Both the position numbers and the translations under genes were made by a program. The notes under the pieces were generated by a model. That model did no database searches and had not been told where the DNA came from. It was given only the letters and a program-made list of their open reading frames with translations. DNA of 20,000 nucleotides from an uncultured virus (IMG/VR IMGVR_UViG_3300026191_000001) (taxonomy: Duplodnaviria > Heunggongvirae > Uroviricota > Caudoviricetes), in IMG/VR virus record IMGVR_UViG_3300026191_000001, positions 61,405-81,404 of that record. One strand, 5' to 3'. Below, one piece after another: positions 8,411 through 16,511 of the stretch; position 1 is the stretch's first letter, and every line of letters begins with the position of its first letter.

Positions 8411-8424
8411 GGAAATTGACGATG
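8411..8424 (+). promoter_or_regulatory. Shared translation-initiation motif, copy 4 (GGAAATTGACGATG)
   Basis: Exact 14-mer ending in ATG(8422) of the gpL-like gene. Confidence 0.85.
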
Positions 8425-8910
8425 AAAGAACTTTCACAAGAAATTCAGTCTCAACGGCATTCGCTGACCCCTGAAGACTTAACCACCTATTTAGAAATCA
8501 TTATCGAAGACACCGATGGCCAGCCGGTTATTATTCGTCTTACGGATAGAGAAACCCGTGACTGGAATGGTTCCACATGGGTACATTCACCTTTTAAAGT
8601 CTCTGGTATATCCAATAAATCCACCGGAGAGAAGAACCGTCCTAGCCTATCACTCCCCAACGAGGGGGGGCTATACAGTTATTATCTAAACCAAGGCTTG
8701 TTAGAAGATTCGGTGGTGACACGCTACAAAGCACTTCCTCACGAAAAAGGTGGCTCTCTAACGTCTCGCCACGTTTTTTATGTTTCTCACCCTAGTAATA
8801 TTAGCTCGTCTATTCTCACCCTTCAGTTAAGAAGGCTTTCTGACGGTAATAAAACTAAGTTCCCCCCACGCAGATATATCCAGCCCGAATTTAGTACGGT
8901 AATAATATGA
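8422..8910 (+). CDS. Minor tail tip protein, lambda gpL-like (short, cysteine-free)
   Basis: 162 aa. WNGSTWVHSPFKVSGI...RPSLSLPN, VVTRYKA and FPPRR resemble the gpL N-terminal domain. Position between the M-like and K-like genes fits. Confidence 0.7.
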   Translation: MKELSQEIQSQRHSLTPEDLTTYLEIIIEDTDGQPVIIRLTDRETRDWNGSTWVHSPFKVSGISNKSTGEKNRPSLSLPNEGGLYSYYLNQGLLEDSVVTRYKALPHEKGGSLTSRHVFYVSHPSNISSSILTLQLRRLSDGNKTKFPPRRYIQPEFSTVII

Positions 8911-9404
8911 TCAAAGAATTAAACACCTTTTGCGGCCATATCTACGAACAGGGTATTCAAGACTGTTACACCCTAATTAGAGATTTTTATAAAACTCGTT
9001 ACCAGATGGAATTGACGAATTACGCGAGGCCGAACAACTGGATTCAAGACCCGAATTTAGATTTCTTTTCTAGGCTGTTTGAAAGAGAGGGCTTTGAGGA
9101 CACGAATAATTGTCCGCACAAAGTGAGGTTCGGTGATGTATTAATGATGCGAATTGTCGGAAGTGAAGTAGTAAACCACGTAGCTATCTACGTGGGACGA
9201 CAAAAGATCCTTCATCATTTGCAAGGCCGCGTAAGTGAAATCGTTGACTATGACGATAAATGGCGTTTTCGTGTGGTTCGTGTGATTCGACACCCAGAGA
9301 TTCAAAAAACCACGGATGCTGTAGCCCTTCACAATCTGCATAAAGGTTTACCTATTCACCTGCGTGCCAAATTACGGAGTGCTAAAAGTGAAAAAGTTGA
9401 GTGA
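8907..9404 (+). CDS. NlpC/P60-family tail tip protein (C-terminal half of lambda gpK type)
   Basis: GIQDCYTLIRDFY (catalytic Cys), GDVLMM, NHVAIYVG and ILHH motifs. ATGA overlap with the previous gene. Confidence 0.9.
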   Translation: MIKELNTFCGHIYEQGIQDCYTLIRDFYKTRYQMELTNYARPNNWIQDPNLDFFSRLFEREGFEDTNNCPHKVRFGDVLMMRIVGSEVVNHVAIYVGRQKILHHLQGRVSEIVDYDDKWRFRVVRVIRHPEIQKTTDAVALHNLHKGLPIHLRAKLRSAKSEKVE

Positions 9405-9723
9405 TTTATGGAATGAGAAAGCCGAGCGCTGTGGCTTTATTCTAAAGTCCGGTGAAATTGTTGAAGTCGATAACATAGCTGAAGACCCCAAGAATGAGTT
9501 TGAAGTCTCAGAGTCAGATTTTGAAAAGTACTACGAGGACACCGTGGCCTCGTGGCATTCACATACCGATGATTTTTCAAATCTTAGCTTATCAGACTAC
9601 TACACCTTTTTAGCTCTTCCAGAATGGGACCATTGGATAGTGTCGAAGTACAAAGTGGTTAAATTCTCGGTGAAGTCTGAATGTGTAATTTTAGAGGAGG
9701 TAGTCCCTCATGGTGACAATTAA
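9388..9723 (+). CDS. JAB/MPN (Mov34) domain tail tip protein (N-terminal half of lambda gpK type)
   Basis: ERCGFI ... WHSHT ... LSLSD matches the JAMM E-x-HxH-x7-S-x2-D pattern. GTG 9388 has GGAG 8 nt upstream, so it is preferred over 9364. Confidence 0.88.
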   Translation: MKKLSDLWNEKAERCGFILKSGEIVEVDNIAEDPKNEFEVSESDFEKYYEDTVASWHSHTDDFSNLSLSDYYTFLALPEWDHWIVSKYKVVKFSVKSECVILEEVVPHGDN

Positions 9724-10477
9724 TCTCGTGGGGTTTGGGGATACTATCCCTAAGGTTATTAAAACCGTTGCGGCCAATTATAGGGAAGCCCTTGAAGCAT
9801 TAAAACTGCAAGAGCCTTTTAATCCGCGTAAGGCTAAGGTTCGCTATGTTTGTGAGATAGAGGGAATTAACTCTACGCTAGACTTAGATGAGCCCGTTAA
9901 TGAAGGGGTAATGACCCTAAGACGCAAGCAAACACTTAAAACACTAAAAGGTTTTCAAGGTAGTGGGGGTAGTAATGGGTGGGTAAAAATAGTAGTCGGT
10001 ATTATCTTAATATCGATAGCCATTATAGCCCCACCAATTGCCGTGGGATTTACGGCTTTAGGCTCTGCGGGTATGGTAAGTGTTAATGTTTTATTAGCTA
10101 ATATTGGTTTTGCCTTAATCGTAGGGGGACTAGCACAGGAGCTCATGCCCACACCCGAGAACAATACTTCAGAAGAAACCAGCAATACCGCAACGTCTTA
10201 CCCTAACACCATACGTTCAGGTACCCCAGTGGCGATGATTTTTGGGCGCCATAGGTTCGGTGGCCACTTGTTCCAGTTTAATATTGAAAGTGTCGGTAGG
10301 TCTTCTGCAGATATTAGAAATTTTACTAACGTTGTTTGGGATGAAGTTAGTGACAACCGACGAGATTCTTGGTCTACTCTATACTTCAATAGTGAGTCTC
10401 AGGAAGTAGGCCAAACTACTTGGACCCCAAGAGGGGGTCGAGAGATTGATGGTATAAGAAACCAACGAACACTTTAA
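9710..10477 (+). CDS. Tail assembly protein, lambda gpI-like
   Basis: SD GAGGAGG. N-terminal ubiquitin-like part ending GSGG, then hydrophobic segments (KIVVGIILISIAII), then NTIRSGTPVAMIFGRHRFGG typical of gpI. Confidence 0.85.
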   Translation: MVTINLVGFGDTIPKVIKTVAANYREALEALKLQEPFNPRKAKVRYVCEIEGINSTLDLDEPVNEGVMTLRRKQTLKTLKGFQGSGGSNGWVKIVVGIILISIAIIAPPIAVGFTALGSAGMVSVNVLLANIGFALIVGGLAQELMPTPENNTSEETSNTATSYPNTIRSGTPVAMIFGRHRFGGHLFQFNIESVGRSSADIRNFTNVVWDEVSDNRRDSWSTLYFNSESQEVGQTTWTPRGGREIDGIRNQRTL

Positions 10478-10486
10478 AATCTGGAT

Positions 10487-10504
10487 AAATTGACGATATT
10501 GGGG
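10487..10504 (+). promoter_or_regulatory. Shared translation-initiation motif, copy 5 (AAATTGACGATATTGGGG)
   Basis: 12-nt perfect complement to 8301-8312, immediately upstream of the GGGG SD and GTG(10510) of the J-like gene. Confidence 0.75.
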
Positions 10505-10509
10505 CTTAA

Positions 10510-13500
10510 GTGGCGCATAACACGTTCAAAGGCCGCGGAGGGGGTAGTGGACCCTCTAATGACGCGGACAACCTATTTTCTACCGACGCATTTGAATTCG
10601 TCCTTGGAGTATCCGAGGGACCGATAGGCGGCGTCGTGGGTGATACCCCAGAAGAAAAGCTTCGCAATATCTTCATTGACGATACACCGGTATTCAACAG
10701 CCTAAATCAAACTAACTTTGATAACGCCAGCTTAATGCTGCGTTTCGAGCAAGGTACTTTGATTTCAGCAAAAGACGACCCTGAAGAAGGACAAACCCCT
10801 ATATGGTTTGCTTTAGGGGGACAAAATATTATTCAGCAAGTTTCTGCGAACTTAGCGTATCTCGCGCCGGTGACACGAACTACGGTTACAACAGTGTCGG
10901 GGTTCGATGAGATTGAGTTACGTTTTACGGTATCCCAGTTAGTTCGCTACACTGATGATGGTTCAAAAACCCACCGAGCTAACTTTCGAATCGAGTATAA
11001 AAACCTACTGGATGATAACTGGGTTTCTAGCTCTATGGTTATTTCGGGTAAAACCACGGTCAGTCCTTTTATAAAAGTTCATAATATACGCCTCCCTAGA
11101 ACTAAACCTAGTGACCAGTTTGAGATTAAAGTTACCCGTTTGACTGAAGACTCTAATGAGGAAGAAGTAGCGGCGATATCTTGGACTAGCTATGAGCTGT
11201 TAACTAAATCTGGTGACGCCTACACCGATAATGGTGTGGAATATAGCGACTCGGATTTAGAGTATCACCCAGGGCTTGCGATGATGCATGTGGTCGGGGT
11301 TCTTGGCCAGCAGCTCACAAATATCCCAAATGTCAGTGCCAACTATGACGGGATAAAGTGTTCAATACCTTCCAATTACGATCCTAAAGCCAAGACTTAT
11401 GAAGAGAGCTCGGCATGGGATGGTCAGTTTAAAGCTCAAAAGGCTACCACTGACAACCCCTTCTGGATTGCTTATGAGCTGGTTACCAATCCTGTTTGGG
11501 GCATAGTAAAAGCAAACCCCCGTGTGAAGATTAATCGTTATACCGTTTATCGTATGGCGAAGTACGCGGATGGTTATGACTTCCAGACTAATGAAAAGAA
11601 CTTAACCAATCCTATTACAGGACAGGAAAAGTGTCCTCGTTATACCTTTAATGCGGTATTGACTGAGCCTCAAAATGGGTGGGACGTTCTTCGTTATGTC
11701 TTAGGTAGTGCCTTCGCTAGGCCGATTGAAGAAGACTCAGGCGAAATAAAATTTATCGCAGATTTGCCAAGCCTACCCGTTGCTTGGGTTACTCCTGAAA
11801 TGTGTATGACCGAAACGGATGGGTCTCCATTCTCGTATAATTTTTCGGCACTATCTGAGCGCCACAATGCTGTGACTTCCAGCTACATCGATGCCTCACT
11901 AGATTATGAACAACAGTACGTTGCCGAGATTCGGGATGAGGACTCTATCCTTAAGTATGGATTGAATACCCACGAGTTTGATGCAAAAGGCGCGACGGAT
12001 ATCTGGGAAGTAAAACGTAGAATGACGTTTTATATCTCTTCCGTAACAACAGAGACTAGAACGGTTTCTTTTTCCGCACCCCAATTAGGGATGGAATTTG
12101 AACCTATGGATATTATCAATATTGTGGACCCCGAGACAGGGCATGCCTATTCGGGAAGAGCGGTTAAGTTAGAGAGCAAAGCGGTCACACTTAGAGACCC
12201 AGTGTATTTCGATGAGGGCGGGACCTATAACGTAAAAGTTATGGGGAAATACGAAAACTTCGATTTCACAATGGATGTGCTCCCTTCCGATATTGGTAAA
12301 CCTATCTACAGGTTGAAGCTAAAACAACCTATGCCGGACCTTGCACTATTTAATAAATATGCGCCGGTTGTGGTTTCAGCTTCAAGAAATGGCCAGCTTA
12401 TAGGTCTGCCCAAGCCATGGCGCATTATCACGGTAAACGAGAATGATAGCGTCCCCGAGCTTTATGACTTCTTTTGTCAGGAAGTAAACCTCAACAAACA
12501 CACAGATGCCGACAACCTTATTATTTCGGAAGCCCCTAAATACTCTTTTCTTCTGAGGCCACAAGTTCGAAAAGTTAAGAATCTTCGCGTTGTTGATGAA
12601 GAGCATATTCAGGTTCGTGGTGTAGAGCAGATAAACCTTTGGATTGGTTGGGAGCTAGAGGCCCCATTACCTCCTGGGGGTTATTTCGAGGTTCGCATTA
12701 CCGAACAATCCGTTAATGGTCGAGAGTACACCACAAAAACCAACAACCTTTATTTCGAAATTCAGAACGTAAAGCTTGGGGATATTCAAATAGAAGTACG
12801 CAGTGCTCAAGGGGATAACGCCAGCCCGTGGGCCGTTCTGCAATGGTCTACAACGATGGTTTCTGCCGAGGATTTGAGAGACGCGGGTATTACACCAGAA
12901 ATCACTATTCGCTATGAGAACTATGCTCTAACTATTGATAGTAAAGTAATGTTTGATTTCGGCTCGACAGAAGTTAACCGCGTTAACTTACTTGAGACCA
13001 ATGGTGTGTTGGGTATTCAGTTTAAGATATACGACGATGTGGACCCAGATAACCGCGTGCACCTTTTGACCAAGACCGCAAAGTCTTCGCTAATTATCCC
13101 TAAAAGCGAGTTTGAGGTTGCTGTTGAAGGTAAGGAACTGCCTTCAGATTTATATATTACAGCACGCGTAGTTGATCTTGTCGGAGGCTTTTACCCCGAC
13201 CTGTTCCAAAGTCCTCTAGCATTCCAAGTAAGTAACCCCGCGCAAGAGATAACGAACTTAAACTATCAATACGTTTTCTCGGATGAAGATCCGCATTTGG
13301 TAACGTGGTATGATAACAACTATGGGTATGAAATTACGCTTTATAAGCCGGATGGCCAGAGCGCGATTTCTAATTACAAGATATACGACAGTAGCCAAGT
13401 CTTCGGGTTCTTACGAGCAGCCGAGGGCTATGTCGTAAAAGTTAAGGGTTTTACTAATACACTCAGCTACGGCAAGCCTAAGACGATAACATTCACGGTT

Positions 13501-15072
13501 ACCGCACCACCAACTCCACCAGAAGAACCAACCATCACTAACGAAGGCGGCATTATCACGCTCACGCCTCCGAAAGTTGATAAGACTTCTAGCTACTATG
13601 AGTTCAAATACCATAGTGAAAATGTGATCACAGAAGCAACAGACTATTCAAACGGTAGCACGATTACGCTCTATTCCTCCGCGGAGGGGCAAGTCTTCCA
13701 CATTTGGTACCGCTTAGCCTCTAAAGAAGGTTTTGGCGCATGGGTACGTAAAGAGATTACGGCAACCGAAGCCTTCCAAGTAGACCTTGGGAGTGTTGTT
13801 GACCAAGTACTTAATTACGAAGGAGCCGACTGGGGTAAATCTTTAAGCGACAGCATTACACAAATGCTTGCGGATATGACTATCTGGGATGAAAGAACCA
13901 CAGCGTTAGGGGATACCTATGAGAACCTAATCCTAACTCAGTCAAGTCTTGATGATGCCAATAAGATTAACTCCCTCGATATTATCGCGCTACGAACCAA
14001 GGTCGGCGATAAAACTGTTCAAACCCAGATTGTCGAAAATAACATCGTCCAGATAGGTTATGAAGATGATAACGGTAATTGGATTATGGGAGCACCGTTG
14101 GCCCGTGCTTTCACTGAACTGAAAATCAAAAATCTAGAAGGGGATTCGGTTTCTGTCGTCAGCTACATGCAAGCGTTAGAAACAGCTATGGGTAACTTAG
14201 AAGCAACCTTTACCCTCGGTGTAGTTGATGAATCACAAACGTTTACAGGTTTAGAGATAACAGGGGGAAGCGGGGTCAGCGCTATTAAGCTTTATATGGA
14301 TAACCTAACGTTCTCCAATAAAGCAGGGAAAGACTTTTTTACCTATGACTCATCCTCTCAGAAGCTAGTAATGACCGCGGATGTTGAGGTTAGAGGAACG
14401 TTAGTTTCAACCAGAAAAGTTACTATCACACCAAATGTTATGGAGATTGAAGACCCTAATGGCTTCGGGCCAGATAACCTTTGGATATGGAAAGGTACCC
14501 CAATTCTAAACGGATCGGAACCGGACTATGATGCTCTAAACAAACAAAACGCTTCTTTAGGCTGGCGCGACTTAAATGGTAACGAATATTTTGGTGGCTC
14601 TGTTACTACGGGCCAATTGATTAATGGTGGTGACTCAACACTTCTAACATTAAACCCTTCAGTTGAAGTCGGGCCATTTACTACTAATGGTAACCCCAAG
14701 ACTGTTAACTGTAGTTTCGGGTGGGATGGAAGTCATACATCTGATGGCGCTTGCCCCACAGATTCAAGCTTCGTACCTCAAGCCACACTTATTCTTGAGC
14801 GTAGCCTTGGTGGTGGGGGATGGTCAGAACTTCAGCGAAAAGTTATTACAGGTACCGTAGAGTATAACGAGTTCTATCAAGATGATAGAGCTGAGCCTAG
14901 TTGTAATCAACGAGATAGAACAGGAGGTTCCTTCACCTATACGGATACTAACACATCACAAGGGACCTTTTCTTACCGCTTAAGAGTCACCGGCCAACAG
15001 CGTGCACTACTACAACAATTTATCGACTCACAGCGTTTGAGCCTTGTTAGTGTAGAAGAGAGACCAGCCTAA
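10510..15072 (+). CDS. Central tail fibre / tip attachment protein, lambda gpJ-like
   Basis: 1520 aa. GVSEGPIGG, IFIDDTPV, WDGQFK...TDNPFWIAYELVTNPVWG and PRYTFNAVL motifs, then FN3-like repeats, a coiled segment and a C-terminal beta domain. Confidence 0.93.
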   Translation: MAHNTFKGRGGGSGPSNDADNLFSTDAFEFVLGVSEGPIGGVVGDTPEEKLRNIFIDDTPVFNSLNQTNFDNASLMLRFEQGTLISAKDDPEEGQTPIWFALGGQNIIQQVSANLAYLAPVTRTTVTTVSGFDEIELRFTVSQLVRYTDDGSKTHRANFRIEYKNLLDDNWVSSSMVISGKTTVSPFIKVHNIRLPRTKPSDQFEIKVTRLTEDSNEEEVAAISWTSYELLTKSGDAYTDNGVEYSDSDLEYHPGLAMMHVVGVLGQQLTNIPNVSANYDGIKCSIPSNYDPKAKTYEESSAWDGQFKAQKATTDNPFWIAYELVTNPVWGIVKANPRVKINRYTVYRMAKYADGYDFQTNEKNLTNPITGQEKCPRYTFNAVLTEPQNGWDVLRYVLGSAFARPIEEDSGEIKFIADLPSLPVAWVTPEMCMTETDGSPFSYNFSALSERHNAVTSSYIDASLDYEQQYVAEIRDEDSILKYGLNTHEFDAKGATDIWEVKRRMTFYISSVTTETRTVSFSAPQLGMEFEPMDIINIVDPETGHAYSGRAVKLESKAVTLRDPVYFDEGGTYNVKVMGKYENFDFTMDVLPSDIGKPIYRLKLKQPMPDLALFNKYAPVVVSASRNGQLIGLPKPWRIITVNENDSVPELYDFFCQEVNLNKHTDADNLIISEAPKYSFLLRPQVRKVKNLRVVDEEHIQVRGVEQINLWIGWELEAPLPPGGYFEVRITEQSVNGREYTTKTNNLYFEIQNVKLGDIQIEVRSAQGDNASPWAVLQWSTTMVSAEDLRDAGITPEITIRYENYALTIDSKVMFDFGSTEVNRVNLLETNGVLGIQFKIYDDVDPDNRVHLLTKTAKSSLIIPKSEFEVAVEGKELPSDLYITARVVDLVGGFYPDLFQSPLAFQVSNPAQEITNLNYQYVFSDEDPHLVTWYDNNYGYEITLYKPDGQSAISNYKIYDSSQVFGFLRAAEGYVVKVKGFTNTLSYGKPKTITFTVTAPPTPPEEPTITNEGGIITLTPPKVDKTSSYYEFKYHSENVITEATDYSNGSTITLYSSAEGQVFHIWYRLASKEGFGAWVRKEITATEAFQVDLGSVVDQVLNYEGADWGKSLSDSITQMLADMTIWDERTTALGDTYENLILTQSSLDDANKINSLDIIALRTKVGDKTVQTQIVENNIVQIGYEDDNGNWIMGAPLARAFTELKIKNLEGDSVSVVSYMQALETAMGNLEATFTLGVVDESQTFTGLEITGGSGVSAIKLYMDNLTFSNKAGKDFFTYDSSSQKLVMTADVEVRGTLVSTRKVTITPNVMEIEDPNGFGPDNLWIWKGTPILNGSEPDYDALNKQNASLGWRDLNGNEYFGGSVTTGQLINGGDSTLLTLNPSVEVGPFTTNGNPKTVNCSFGWDGSHTSDGACPTDSSFVPQATLILERSLGGGGWSELQRKVITGTVEYNEFYQDDRAEPSCNQRDRTGGSFTYTDTNTSQGTFSYRLRVTGQQRALLQQFIDSQRLSLVSVEERPA

Positions 15073-16511
15073 TGAGTTATATTAGAGACTTCACTTCCGT
15101 AACCATAAACCAGAATCAAACTGTAGTTCAGATTAACGCAGGGGATTCTAATTTTTCCGTAAAAGAAAACAGTCAGCTCTTTATCGAGGGTTATACCGTA
15201 CCAGTAACTATCGTTGAAAGTGATTCTAACGCTCGAACCTTAACACTGGATAAGCCGTGGCCCCATGCGAACGTTGACGGGGTTTCAGCCCGAGTCGTTC
15301 CACTGGGGGACCCTGACACCTACCTCACGGCGGTAGAGGCTAATCGTGCGGCTTATGAGGCGTTTGTAGAAGCTGCGGCGGGTTCAGGTTCAGGTTCGCC
15401 GGATGAAATCAACTGGTCAATAATAATTGACCCTCCCGTTACGGCTACACAGTGGCCCACTTGGGTACAAGTACAGGGTGATATAAATGAAGTGCTCCCT
15501 GAGACAGCAAAGCGTTTCCCTAATTTCCCTGAAATTGGGGGTAAGGTTTCTGTTGAGCAGTTGCCAGATGATATCGACACGGACAATAAACGAACACAGG
15601 CCCTAAGCCCACCTATAAAACGCGAAGCAAGCTTAACCCAGCGATTAAGTGATTATCCAACACTAAAGAAAACCGAAGTTCGACCAACAGAATCACCGAA
15701 CAACAAGCGCTTAATTCAGTTTGATGATGTGCGCGGCGAAGTTCACGTGGCACTGACAGATAGATGGTTCACCATACCTACCACTATTGCTAGTCGGGCT
15801 TTCCCAATTTTCTACCGTGGCTTGATACTGCGCTTCAATAACAATAGCGCTTACACAGGCAACATCAAAATGCGCGTCTATCCAATGGGAACGGGAGGTT
15901 TAGGTTTACCTAACAACCCAACGCTGGCTAATCACCAATGGCATGAGTATGAAACTACGGTCACTGACCTCTATAAAATAGGCGAGTTTAGTAGTCAGTA
16001 TTTTGAGGGGATTATTGAATATATCGAGCTAGATAACGGCTGGCACAGGTTTGATGTTGAGCAATCTGATGTGAGGTCGTTAAACGCAAAGTTTGATACA
16101 GCGTTTGGTACTTTGCGCTCACCCTTCAGAACTTTCTACCAAAAAGCGGATGGTTATTGGTACAGCGAAGATATGTTCCCCGAAAACCTACACAGTATTG
16201 GTGCTAGCTGGGCGCAAGACGCTAATAACCCGCGTGTGTTTACGGTGACCGAAGCCACCGCAAGCAATGATGCTCTTCGTTTCTTCAGCGATTCTTTTGA
16301 TGACTTCCAATTTGAAATAATTTTAGACGTTTCTTATGTCGCAGGAACACTGGCGTTAACGGTATCAAATGTAGATCCCAATAAAGTGTATTTCCAAGGG
16401 CCTGCACGGTTCATTACCGATGAACGAATCTATTTCAAACGAGCAGGTTCTTCTACTACCGCAGCACTTACCGTTGAGTCAATTAAAATGAGAATACCCC
16501 ATTATGGATAG
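15072..16511 (+). CDS. Side tail fibre / receptor-binding protein
   Basis: 479 aa, coupled to J. N-terminal anchor-like domain (TLTLDKPWP), GSGSGS linker, fibre-type repeat PVTATQWPTWVQVQG / PETAKRFPNFPEIGGK, beta-rich C-terminus. Confidence 0.7.
   Translation: MSYIRDFTSVTINQNQTVVQINAGDSNFSVKENSQLFIEGYTVPVTIVESDSNARTLTLDKPWPHANVDGVSARVVPLGDPDTYLTAVEANRAAYEAFVEAAAGSGSGSPDEINWSIIIDPPVTATQWPTWVQVQGDINEVLPETAKRFPNFPEIGGKVSVEQLPDDIDTDNKRTQALSPPIKREASLTQRLSDYPTLKKTEVRPTESPNNKRLIQFDDVRGEVHVALTDRWFTIPTTIASRAFPIFYRGLILRFNNNSAYTGNIKMRVYPMGTGGLGLPNNPTLANHQWHEYETTVTDLYKIGEFSSQYFEGIIEYIELDNGWHRFDVEQSDVRSLNAKFDTAFGTLRSPFRTFYQKADGYWYSEDMFPENLHSIGASWAQDANNPRVFTVTEATASNDALRFFSDSFDDFQFEIILDVSYVAGTLALTVSNVDPNKVYFQGPARFITDERIYFKRAGSSTTAALTVESIKMRIPHYG

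Noticed and set aside
916..8421. TTG starts at 916, 1810, 2488 and 8416 giving 'MTM' N-termini
   Set aside because: The TTG is part of the shared motif and too close to the SD. The ATG 6 nt downstream has proper spacing.
8289..8474. 61 aa + strand ORF across the spacer
   Set aside because: GTG start without an SD, crosses a terminator and overlaps the gpL-like gene out of frame. The region is better explained as an sRNA.
907..10498. Motif copies read as sigma70 -35 boxes (TTGACG), CRISPR repeats or att sites
   Set aside because: No -10 was found at proper spacing where checked (copy 5), and four copies run straight into coding sequence. Copies are dispersed rather than regularly spaced, with no cas or recombinase gene in the window. 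A DNA-level role is not fully excluded.
9008..10684. Partial motif matches inside genes (GGAATTGACGA 9008-9018; ATTGACGATA 10675-10684)
   Set aside because: Short, within coding sequence and away from starts, so compatible with chance. Not counted as targets.
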